64,000 bases of DNA from positions 623,625-687,624 of the forward strand of contig NMRA01000081.1 of the NCBI GenBank assembly GCA_002633005.1. Direction: 5' to 3'. Of this stretch, positions 39,701 to 47,516 are shown piece after piece; the first letter of the stretch is position 1; each line of letters starts with the position of its first letter. The notes below the pieces were generated by a model, which saw only the letters and a program-made list of their open reading frames with translations, was not told where the DNA came from and ran no database searches. Made by a program: the position numbers and the translations under genes. The DNA comes from Phoronis australis. Taxonomy: Eukaryota > Animalia > Phoronida.

Positions 39701-42700
39701 AGGACCGATTTTACCCTCACGTTGGACTTCAAGCATATCAGCTAAAATACAGGTGGGGCGATTGAAGTAACGGACTTAACGCCCTGCGTACACGATACAG
39801 TGGCGTTGTGACCCTAAGCGTGATTGGGTTTTTACGTACCTCGGTCGCTGCTGGCCATTTCTTAGAACTAAGGTATTCCTACAGGTAGGCACGAGTTCAG
39901 TAGGGCAAATTCCGCGTGAGAAAAGACAGATCAAACAAGACTCCGCTAGTTCGCGGTGTATTTTTAAGGGAAGCAATTGCTTGTGTAAAGATTTAATTCT
40001 CGCTGGACACTAATGATTGACAGGTCTTCTTATTGAATACTTTGAACAGTACAACTTTTATGTACATTGTATATTTCTTTTTGAGTTCAAAGCCAACACC
40101 ACTGTTGTTCAAAGCACATACTCAGCAGTCGGACGATACTACTATTAGGCAATGGGGGTACTCGGTCAGCTGCTTTGTTGGTTCTTCTACAGCAAATGAA
40201 ATACCAGGCATTCGACAAGCGCTGTCTCAGCGATCAGTACATGCCGACACGAGTTCCGCACGTGACCCAAAGGAAACAATTGTGTCTCCTTCACCAAAGG
40301 GCATGAAAATACGGGTATTTTACTGCCATAGTAAGGCAAGGTCCCGGTACCGCTAAAACTGATTGATTGTCAAAGAAAGGTAAGCGAGTTGCGCACGTTT
40401 TGGAATCTTAATTTTGTGGGACGAGCGTTCACAGAAAAACAGATACTTTTACGAAAGTCGCGATCATGAAATTTTCGGGGGTGGGCGGTAAGCCGAGTAT
40501 GGGCCGTAACCCCTACCAGTACGGTTTGTACGCGTAGCGTAACATCCTTACGGCGACCCAATTTTAGAAAAGTACCAAAATTTAAAAACTTTTAAAGTAA
40601 TTAATATGTTAAATTATTGTATATCATGGTATTTTTTCACGGTTTAATCAAATCATTGCAGTCAAGGTCTTGTCTTCTGCTATAATGCTTGCCCCTCATG
40701 CTTATCTAAATATCATACGACGAACTTTGCAAAGCGCCAGCTAAAGCAATAAAGATGCACTTGAGTGTGTCTTTATAGAACAACAAGGAAAAGTGCGCTA
40801 TCCCTATAATGTAGTTGTAACAACGTATATTTTTTCAGAGAAGTCACACCGTAGACGCCTTTCTCTCAAACGAAAGTTCACGTTCGATGGTCCTTGTAAT
40901 GATAAGAATGGAACATTCGTGGCTAAGGTCCGTCAACTGATTGATATTCATTTCACAACAGAGAGCATAGGCCATCTTTGTCCGTACAACTCAGACCTGC
41001 AAAAGGTAATGATACACGTTTTGTCACATAACGTATTGGTAATGGTAATCACAGTTAAGTGACTGACACAACCAAAGCAAACTCATTTTGTTGGCGAATT
41101 CATTTGTTTCTAACTCTAAGCTGCTTCGTGAAAAAACTACAATGTCTTTTTCAGCGTTGACAATTCATGTCTTTATTGTTAGACTGATTTTGGCCCTGAA
41201 TCGTTAGCACTGGTTTGCTGATGTACTGTTGGAAGTAACGACTAATAAATGTCTGTAAACTTTCAAATTGTCTAATTGGCCTAGTTCCTTAAGTTACAAG
41301 TATCTTTTCAGCGTGAATGTGCTGAATTACGGGTGTTTTGTCATAAAACTACTAAAGATCGACGTAAGAGGAGCAGTAGAGAGCATGAAATGGATGTGAA
41401 ATTCACATTTATTATCAGGTAAAATTATCGGTACCGTACATGAGGTTAACTGTTGATTTCGTTATAATATTAATAAGATCTGTAAAACTTGAATAGTTAA
41501 GGTGAAAACTGAGAAAAGTCAAATTTAAGTTCAGATTTTTATATTGTCGTTTTTCTGTTGACTTAGTCAGTCAAAGTTCTTTATGTAGAGAGTGTGTTTG
41601 TCTTGCATTGTACATTTGCTTAATGATTTGCGATTGTTTTATGTAATCTATATACATTGGCAAAGAAGACTTCTGAGCTGGTCAGTAACAGTAGTGTCAT
41701 ATTCAAGTCACATAACATTATGATACATATAAAATTCAATAGTCCCGCACTTCGTCTCGCTCGAGGCATCACAAGGGGTCACACGACAATGACCCATGTC
41801 AGACAAATCGGTCACATTTGAAAAAACAAAAAATGCAAATGGATCAATGCAACAATGGGTCACCAAAGTACAGCGACAGGGTGTTATAGGCCCCCTAGGA
41901 ACCAGCACGAACAGAGTCGCGGTTTTCCACCAGTGTCTCCAACAAACTAGAAATTTGATACATGGCAAGAAGCAAAAGGTTTAATTTTGAATTGGGACAA
42001 GTACAATTTTCCAAAAAAACAAGTTTTTAATTTTAAGAATAAAGTTAAATATCTAGCCCTGACCACCTTTTTGAAAACTTGTTTCAGCAACGATTCGTCA
42101 GGTGGCGAGGCTGTGACTCTGATGAACACAACAGTTTACCTGATAACACAATATCTCAACACTTATGGTTACGTCGATTCGCCCTCTGATGAGGCGTCAC
42201 CAGGTGTGCCCACTGAAGTTTTGGACGTGTTGGTTGGCTGTGAAGACGGCTACACACACATTGGCAAAGACTGCGGTGAGAATACTTCTCTACCATAGCT
42301 TAGTCGTCATTTGTCCAAGATTCTACAATAACGTAACTATACATTGAATTGCTCGCTCCAGCTACATGTATCGTAACTCAGTTAATTCGACTTTCCGAAG
42401 CCGATTTTCATTTCAAGTTTACCATTGCTGCAGAAATGAACTTGACGTAAAGGTTTTCTGCGTGTACACGATCAGACTACTAGGCTAAGTCAATTAGACG
42501 CCGTACGTTGCACAATGTCAGACCAAGGCTGCGTTCCGAAGACCGCAAAACATTAGCATGCACTTCACTTAGATCTATGTAAGAGAAACATTGAGTTCAA
42601 TCCCACGATTAAACTCTCCGTCGTTGCCCTCCAATCACTTTAGCTTTGTGGCCACCATTTTCCTATGAAACGGCAAATGAGCTCCCGAGCATACTCGTGA

Positions 42701-43572
42701 AACGGTCGCTTTTCACTCGTGTGATTTTGCGAGATCTTGCGAGATCTTGCTTTTCTCGCAAGAAACTAGTTGTATTGAGCGCTCTCCAGTTTTGAGCTTG
42801 TTTGGTGTCTGCGGGAAATCAGATAATGCCAAAGCAAATCGCGACTGTGTTGTGACAGCCACCGCTGGCGCAACGTTTGACACCATTCTTCATTTCATTG
42901 CATCACAAGCCATTGAACACCTACAGCAGTTACGCTGCAGAGAACTTATTTTGAAGGCCCAACACTGTTCAACCAAAAGCAATAGACGTCAAGATATTGA
43001 GAAGTCGCGTGTTGTGCAAACTCCTAGTGAATGATCCAAAATGTGTTCTGGTAGTGCAAAAAATATTGAAAATGGGAGAGCAACTTTCGGTGGAATAAGA
43101 TTGAATGCACGGAACCCTTGGTTGGAAAAAGATAGATCCCAGGGACTGATACAATATAAACAGGATTATATGGAAGTGGTGGTAGTAATTCTTAATTTAG
43201 GCTAATTTACGGTTTGATCAAGTAATAAACTGATTATGTATGGTCTTTGCAGTCGCTTGTCCACCAGGAACTTTCTTCAATTTCACCAAGCAGTCCTGTC
43301 AGCTGTGTCCTGCCAATACATATCAAGACATTGAAGCCCAGGTGACGTGTAAACCATGCTCCTATGCGTTGCAGTCGGCTGCTGGTTCGGTTCGAAACAC
43401 GGACTGTAGAGACAGCGTTCAAGCCAATAGAACCACTACTGTGAGCACCTGGATGTTGTTAGGCATTATGGGAAGTGTGGCTGTTTTGGGGGCCATATTG
43501 TTTCTTTTATTCTGTTGGTTTTTGCGCTTACAGCGACAATTGAGTGCTTGTACTGTTGTAAAATCTACATAA
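6656..43572 (+). CDS. Multi-exon type-I membrane receptor: SP-(YWTD propeller-EGF)x3-EGF-GCC2/3-S/T stalk-HYR-HYR-sushi-furin linker-GCC2/3-TM (LRP-like head, SVEP1-like stalk)
   Basis: 26 exons with consistent intron phases, apart from one break at the N at 24122: 6656-6731, 8849-8925, 10247-10379, 12818-12989, 15080-15208, 15733-16010, 17249-17383, 20934-21079, 21794-21896, 22970-23150, 23876-24113, 24387-24515, 24939-25110, 25409-25648, 26660-26838, 27063-27269, 28074-28337, 29288-29434, 35299-35448, 36355-36612, 36858-37106, 37343-37549, 40839-41005, 41312-41418, 42088-42275, 43253-43572. The translation shows FWSD/IWSD/YWAD/YWSD/FYTDW repeats, 6-Cys EGFs, HYR motifs and a TM helix. Confidence 0.9.
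8849..8925 (+). CDS. Gene 1 exon, start of propeller 1
   Basis: tttag| GDVLTTNGTHLIAFHAVPPRLETIRK |gtaagt, phase 1-0. Confidence 0.7.
10247..10379 (+). CDS. Gene 1 exon, YWTD repeat
   Basis: IGSHVVGLAVDARYHLLFWSDIGYKNNGIYKSFLNGRKISKIVA, canonical splice sites. Confidence 0.9.
10498..10874. mobile_element. PIF/Harbinger-type MITE; diverged relatives at about 7225-7530 and 7775-8140
   Basis: GGGTCAAGTCT...AGATTAGACCC ends, CCG/CAG flanks; shared internal sequence with the 7.2-8.1 kb copies. Confidence 0.55.
12818..12989 (+). CDS. Gene 1 exon, YWTD repeat
   Basis: DVSFVTGLTVDWTTKRLIWSDTRRRTIESTNYYGTNRRVI...PKALVVDSSHG. Confidence 0.9.
13977..14731. mobile_element. Non-autonomous PIF/Harbinger element
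   Basis: TIRs GTGCCCGTTCCAAGAAACTGAC / GTCAGTTTTATTGGAACGGGCCC; CAG (CWG) TSD on both sides. Confidence 0.8.
15080..15208 (+). CDS. Gene 1 exon, YWTD repeat
   Basis: FIYWADQGYRKIERIQTDGTHRQLLYKNSKFWPNQMTIDETNR, phase 2-2. Confidence 0.9.
15733..16010 (+). CDS. Gene 1 exon, end of propeller 1
   Basis: VLYCVDAYKSTIMYASLN...HIFGLAVSHSAFYLSTWY...PSRQPL|gtaagt. Confidence 0.9.
16086..16347 (-). mobile_element. hAT-like MITE family A (CATGCGCGCAC ends), copy 1
   Basis: TATAG on both flanks; reverse-complement homolog of 32961-33200 and 61078-61312. Confidence 0.8.
17249..17383 (+). CDS. Gene 1 exon, EGF
   Basis: ANPCNLASRGGCSHICLVVGPQTSQCACPTYGGLVLGRDRKTCI, an LRP-type EGF, phase 1-1. Confidence 0.92.
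17404..17648. mobile_element. GC-rich MITE
   Basis: TAGTGACGAAGCTA...TAGCTACACCACTG ends; flanks TCTCGAAGTA / TCTCGAGGTA. Confidence 0.6.
18840..19830. repeat. Diverged tandem duplication (about 18840-19450 and 19450-19830)
   Basis: Collinear blocks such as TACCTTATCT..ATTCTCGGG..AACTTCAAA, TCCTTTCATTCACCGA and CGAGTCGCCTCACGCCTCTGTGAC occur twice. Confidence 0.85.
19159..19297. mobile_element. hAT-like MITE with 5-bp TSD
   Basis: CAGGGGCGGATCC...GCCACTG, AAAAC on both sides; absent from the duplicate copy near 19670. Confidence 0.85.
20934..21079 (+). CDS. Gene 1 exon, start of propeller 2
   Basis: EPSELVLYTIKGSGIVAYMS...MPVALAYHPTLK|gtaagt. Confidence 0.85.
21794..21896 (+). CDS. Gene 1 exon, YWTD repeat
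   Basis: VVYWSDVKELVIYQVQLNGSRKKIFLKQGIGIVD. Confidence 0.9.
22970..23150 (+). CDS. Gene 1 exon, YWTD repeat
   Basis: GMVLDPVSNRLYFSN...SVESVNLDGTG...KPRGLAIDFER|gtgagt. Confidence 0.9.
23876..24113 (+). CDS. Gene 1 exon, YWTD repeats
   Basis: HLFISDWGEEPKIVRCNLDGSNAVVIKSTDISNPNGLSVNGEMLYVVDS... Confidence 0.9.
24387..24515 (+). CDS. Gene 1 exon, EGF (GC donor)
   Basis: RASTCVNNPCSGLCFDQPRGPPICRCPTHNSAVMSRDGFTCK; donor AAG|gcaagc. Confidence 0.85.
24939..25110 (+). CDS. Gene 1 exon, start of propeller 3
   Basis: EPENFLLLCDVNTVYLMSLDT...IAATYDSVNKYIYWSESS. Confidence 0.9.
25409..25648 (+). CDS. Gene 1 exon, YWTD repeats
   Basis: VFPKVFKQYLNGT...IDGLAVDHSTRSL...RPRGLAVLG. Confidence 0.88.
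26660..26838 (+). CDS. Gene 1 exon, YWTD repeats
   Basis: QIFWSDIQSPGRIVRMSSAG...FKWPNGIAINNGLLYVGDGRDRKIEVMSLN. Confidence 0.9.
27063..27269 (+). CDS. Gene 1 exon, end of propeller 3
   Basis: GSNRKEL...HIFGLAVFDQFVFYTDWVNRTLG...RPTTLHLHHPSKLK. Confidence 0.9.
27771..27986. mobile_element. Shorter inverted copy of the 13977-14731 Harbinger family
   Basis: TTCCAAGAAATCTGACTCAGCTAAG...TTTCTTGGAGCGGGTCCC matches both ends of that element. Confidence 0.65.
28074..28337 (+). CDS. Gene 1 exon, two EGF-like domains
   Basis: CEKSGCDHCVVTPGGFYCKCPTGQFLLPGGRSC...CDESCHVNALC...CVCKAGYFGDGVNSC. Confidence 0.9.
28526..29000 (+). repeat. Dispersed repeat, diverged second copy at about 58904-59355
   Basis: Both start GGACAGAAATTCAATTACTAC and share TATTTTAGCTT..GACTGGGATC and CGCCTGTCCA. 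Confidence 0.7.
29288..29434 (+). CDS. Gene 1 exon, ephrin-receptor-like (GCC2/GCC3) Cys repeat
   Basis: ACPVDTYKEEMGNSSCSPCPSNSSTHDVLGSTTCHC. Confidence 0.9.
29705..30243. mobile_element. Non-autonomous TIR element, unclassified
   Basis: ATTGTTCTAAACTCCCCTC vs GAGGGGTTTATAGAACAAT, with subterminal CCCCTCGACCCACG-type repeats inverted at both ends. Confidence 0.6.
31708..32645. mobile_element. Nested element with inverted arrays of a 16-17-bp unit (TTCACTACTCCGAAGG)
   Basis: About 6 units at 31722-31820 and about 4 inverted units at 32577-32640. Confidence 0.7.
32961..33200 (+). mobile_element. hAT-like MITE family A, copy 2
   Basis: CATGCACGCACCCA...TGGGTGCGCGCATG; TSD unclear, nested in another repeat. 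Confidence 0.8.
33255..33790 (-). pseudogene. Decayed protein-coding remnant inside the CACGGTG element
   Basis: With 2 frameshifts and 2 stops it reads GTFPLDTIALLLFLDVAE..LRYSNDIVKF..YKLFHGKSLRFM..KINFAVPN..FSFDG*KINAG..GAIDLFGYED. Confidence 0.65.
35299..35448 (+). CDS. Gene 1 exon, Ser/Thr-rich stalk
   Basis: DISLTSTPLPTRVVTTLG...TTQTARTSTTEVSSRV, phase 1-1, gtaagt donor. Confidence 0.75.
36355..36612 (+). CDS. Gene 1 exon, HYR domain 1
   Basis: PPPYFENCP...HVKYWAEDYEGQHVTCAFQVYV. Confidence 0.9.
36858..37106 (+). CDS. Gene 1 exon, HYR domain 2
   Basis: DTTPPRFEFCPTDI...VHW...DNV...VTYRATDPAGNMASCSFVVSV. Confidence 0.92.
37343..37549 (+). CDS. Gene 1 exon, sushi/CCP-like domain
   Basis: ACDVTGLVPKGGALVC...QCNVLCDY...IICADGGW...AC. 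Confidence 0.85.
38212..39374 (+). mobile_element. Helentron-associated non-autonomous element (HINE/DINE-1-like)
   Basis: Preceded by a T run; 11-bp subTIRs ATGCGCCCACA / TGTGGGCGCAT; CGTC microsatellite; internal 145-180-bp tandem units; 3' stem-loop CAACGC-tct-GCGTTG then CTCTTG-TTT. Confidence 0.85.
38829..38983. other. Assembly gap (155 N)
   Basis: N run inside the HINE repeat array. Confidence 0.99.
40839..41005 (+). CDS. Gene 1 exon, linker region
   Basis: EKSHRRRLSLKRKFTFDGPCNDKN...HLCPYNSDLQK, phase 1-0. Confidence 0.8.
41312..41418 (+). CDS. Gene 1 exon containing furin-type site
   Basis: RECAELRVFCHKTTKDRRKRSSREHEMDVKFTFII, phase 0-2. Confidence 0.8.
42088..42275 (+). CDS. Gene 1 exon, linker into Cys repeat
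   Basis: NDSSGGEAVTLMN...VGCEDGYTHIGKDC, phase 2-1. Confidence 0.82.
43253..43572 (+). CDS. Gene 1 last exon: GCC2/GCC3 repeat, TM helix, short tail
   Basis: VACPPGTFFNFTKQSCQLCPANTYQDIEAQVTCKPC...WMLLGIMGSVAVLGAILFLLFCWFL-RLQRQLSACTVVKST*. Confidence 0.9.
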
Positions 43573-44189
43573 CTGACTATGTTACTATAATAGAGAGAAA
43601 ATATTTATTATAGTGACATGTTCATACGCAATTACAAGTTATACTTTAAAAATACAATGAAGGGAGCTTCTAACAGACTAACAAGTCACTTAATGATGAA
43701 GAAAAGAGAAACCACATGCCCAGCAGATGGCAACACTAGCCATTTTCCTTACATAAATATGTTTGACTCTTGGTGAAAATAGCACTTTTTAATTGTTATT
43801 TTGATGCACATTTGATTTATAATGAAAGCCAACTTTTGGCCTGGATTCAATTGTAAAAAGTATCATTCATCAGAGTAATATTTTCAACAAATCTATCTCT
43901 TTCAGTTGTAAAAACTTGACAACTAAGAAATTCATCTTCTACTCCAGTATTGCAAAAAGGACACATAGGCTCATCTGTTCTTCACTTTATAAACTTTCTA
44001 CCTCCATCATAAATAGTAATATTCTGATTCAAAAAGGTGACCAATGACAGTTTGCTTAGAACGAGAAATATCGATTTAAAGTTCTGTTTTGGAAACTTTT
44101 AAAAATAAAATGGTGGTTCTTAGTTTAGGTTTGTGGTTGTAGTCCTATCATATGTAACATTCCATTTCATGTAAAATAATATATGGTGG

Positions 44190-44377
44190 AATAATAACAA
44201 GTGATAGCCGAATTAGATAGCAAAGCTTTCGGACTCATCTCGAGTCCTTCTTCAGTGCCGATTGACCACTTCTACCCAGTTGTTAGTAGAAGCCCCGCGT
44301 CTCACCCCATGCGATGACCAGGTGGACATCTATAAGTCATAGCCAATAACCAGCTGTTTGTATAGGGCGGGAAGTTC
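44190..44377 (-). mobile_element. 3' fragment of a Penelope-like retroelement
   Basis: Minus strand encodes ELPALYKQLV, resembling the Penelope ORF C-terminus, followed by a minimal hammerhead motif and a T-rich tail. Confidence 0.65.
44219..44259 (-). ncRNA. Minimal type-I hammerhead ribozyme
   Basis: GGCA-CUGAAGA-A-GGACUC-gagau-GAGUCC-GAA-AGCU-U-UGCU: core boxes, perfect 6-bp stem II, palindromic AGCU in place of stem III. Confidence 0.75.
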
Positions 44378-47300
44378 TTAACTTTAATTCTAGTTGAGGA
44401 AGGATATAATGAGCAAGAACTACACCACGAACGACCTATTGATAAAAAGGAACATAACTATGGTTAAAGCTGTCAATGCCAAAAATCACAAGTTGGTCCA
44501 GCAAAACTCTTACCTGTTGAGGTCTCATTTATGTATTTATATGTTGTGCTCCTTCAAAATTTATATACTTCCAGGAGTTCAAAAACTCATTTTGGTAATA
44601 TGACAGGCATGTGTTTGCTTGAGGTCCTAGAATTAGTCGCCATGATTTAGCTCTGTTCTCAAAGACACACGCAGTTTCGTACTTCTTTGAACTGTGTGTT
44701 GTCAAGCACGATACATTTTCTTTTCATTCCCACGAAGGTACAGTGGATAGGCCTATGTTAATGTTGTCTCTGCATTTATGAGTTAAGCCGTTTCCCATTG
44801 CTACAGCTCACTATAAATTTTCCACGGCTGTGCAGTTTGATTTAATTGTTAAAAACATCGTTTTCCCTTTCCAATGGTATTGAGCAAACCCGCATAAAAT
44901 AGGTGGTTATGTATTGGAAACATTTATCCTGTTTCATGAAAAGTAACAATGTCAACAGTCACAGGGATCCCGCATCTTGAGAACCAGGTTGACATCAGTG
45001 ATTGAATGACGAAAATTAATTCTCAATATGCGGGACCCCCGTAAAGTGACTAGTACCGTAACAATGGTACTTAAAAAACTTTCCTGTTCCAGTTTGCATG
45101 AAGCGTTCATTTTTTCAATTATACAGTCATTGTTATTTATTTCAGTGCCATCTTTTTATGCATTTGTATTTATTGTCATTATGTTGAGTCGATACTAAAA
45201 TAAAGACGTAATGGATGCGTAGATATGCCTTTTGTATGAAAAAGTCAAACATTTAATAAATAGCCAAATACCCTTGTGTTATGTCTCACACCTGTATGAA
45301 CTTTTTCTTGTAACGTTGACCTTTGCATCATGCTGGTTCTTGTACCTTTGGGAATGAGGAATGCATCTCGAAACATGTCAGGAATATTAAGTTGAATACT
45401 ATTTGGCTATTTATTAATTGCATGAAAATGGTTGTCTTCTTGATTTGATTTTATTGGTCCGCCTTCAAACGGGCTGTATTGTTCCATGGGTTTCATTACG
45501 TTATCAAAAACATTATCAAATACAATCATCATCGGGGAGAGCAAAAGACACGTTTGTGTTGCTTGAATCAGCCGTCTATGCTCCTTTTAAGCCCATGCGC
45601 ATGTACAGAAAGCGATCATGACCTTAATTTGCGAATGTGCCTATGCACGAAACACATACGGAAAATGAAGGAGCAAATTGTTAAAAACATTTCTGTGGAA
45701 GCTGACTTATCCTTCACACAATGGTAACGTTATTAAATAAAGAGTATTACCAAAGGACAACATACATATGAAAAAACATTTTAAGACATACACAAAAAAC
45801 AAAGAATAGCTGTCTATTGTCGCATTAAGGTTTATCAGGACACCAAGCTATTAAAAGTTTGGGCGCCCTAGTCATTACAATACTCACCTTTCGCCACAAA
45901 TTTCGAATTATTCGCTAGTCGCCAAAGCTTTCAAGGGCTCCTTTGACGACGAGATGGAACCCCGATTTTTACTGTCACTAGTCGCCACGACTTGATGGTC
46001 TCATGTGTCGTCCAGGCCAATGCCTCTATTTTGTGCGATGGCGAGTCCCCCAGCCGCAGTTTTTTTTAGCTTAATAGATTCCCCCCCCCATCGCCACAAT
46101 TTCCAATACCGCTTGTGGAGATGGAGCCCTTATTTTGCACAGGGCCTCAAGCTGTAGCTTATCATTTTAATGAATATTCCGGTATTGACTTTCTATAAGT
46201 GAAGCACAGGTACACTTTGAAATATTATTACGATAGAGGCTCATGCGCCTAAAAGCGCGCATGTACGGTAGCCATGTTGTCACGCTCACGATGCCATATT
46301 ATTGAACAATGATCCAACAATCGGTCACACCCGATCCACGAATCTAAACATCGCATATGTTATGTAATGTAAATTTTTTATTGTTTCATGGTTTCCTTTG
46401 GTTTCTCGGTGGCCAATTTTGTAACCAGTGACACCGTGTTTATAATGCAAATTTGTGATTTAGCTAGTTTAACGTTGGCGCGGCTTGAATGAAAATGCAA
46501 GCTGCCTACACTTGACATGAGTCAGCTGAGAATTTTGACCAATGTTGTCGACCCTTCTCTCGAACATCGCCCCAGCAGGTACAGTATAATGCCTTTATTT
46601 ATATAATTGTCTAGGATTTCACTCAAAGAAATCATAATAGTCACAAAGAGCGCATTGAATAAAAAGCTATTAATTAAAATTGTTCATTCCACCTGACCTA
46701 CTATTCCCGAAAATTTGGAGACCAGTTTTCCAAGAATTCGCGAGTCTTTAAAACGAAACAGTTTGATGTTATTCATCATTCCATCGAATTATCAAGTAAC
46801 TATGCTCAAGAAAACTGCGGTGTGTTTATGCAGTCCCACTACTGTCCCGGCTATCAGTCATCAGGTGGCACTACAGTATCATCGACGACGAGTCGGCCCA
46901 CTTAAAATTGCCAAGCAAAAAGTCGAGGAAATCTGAGTTCGCTAAAAAATAGTGCGACAAAGAGACCATTTAAAAGAAAAGAAAGTAGAATGAAACCCAG
47001 CCATAAAAAGAATAAACATGGCTTGATTATTACTTTTGATTCCCAGTATTACAAGATAATGCTATGTGAAAAATACTTCGGGTGAAGATATTTCTGACCT
47101 ATGCTAATGATTGCCCCGGCTATCTCCAAAGTTCTCTTAACGGATTTACTTTCACAGCGTGCTAAGGACTATTATTAACGAAACGTGTAAGCCACTTTTG
47201 TTGCAGCCACCCATTGAGAATTAATTTGAAAATTATTATCCGGTTTCCGATAAACAACCCTAACAGCTTCCTTTTACATCATACCTGACGATGTGATAGT

Positions 47301-47470
47301 CTTATTGAATTAACCGAATTCCCGCCAACTCATCACATAAATGAGCTGACCGTTAATGAATTGCTACACTGGACATTGTGCTTTAGGATGAACAAAGATT
47401 GACATTGAAGAGCATTATAACTTTAAATACCTCATTTCAACAGTTGCTGAGGCTAACGGCAAAGGAGTCG

Positions 47471-47516
47471 ATGGCAGCAAAGATGCGTCGTGCACTTATT
47501 ATACTCGCTATTGCAG
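47471..47516 (+). CDS. Gene 2 first coding exon, signal peptide
   Basis: MAAKMRRALIILAIA, phase-1 donor CAG|gtacta. Confidence 0.65.

Noticed and set aside
41739-42000. Possible small Academ-like MITE (TAGTCCC...GGGACAA)
   Set aside because: The TIR match is too short and there is no TSD.
6656-43572. Naming gene 1 LRP4/5/6, megalin, nidogen or SVEP1
   Set aside because: It lacks LDLa repeats, PPPSP/NPxY motifs, NIDO, VWA and pentraxin domains; similarity is only partial.
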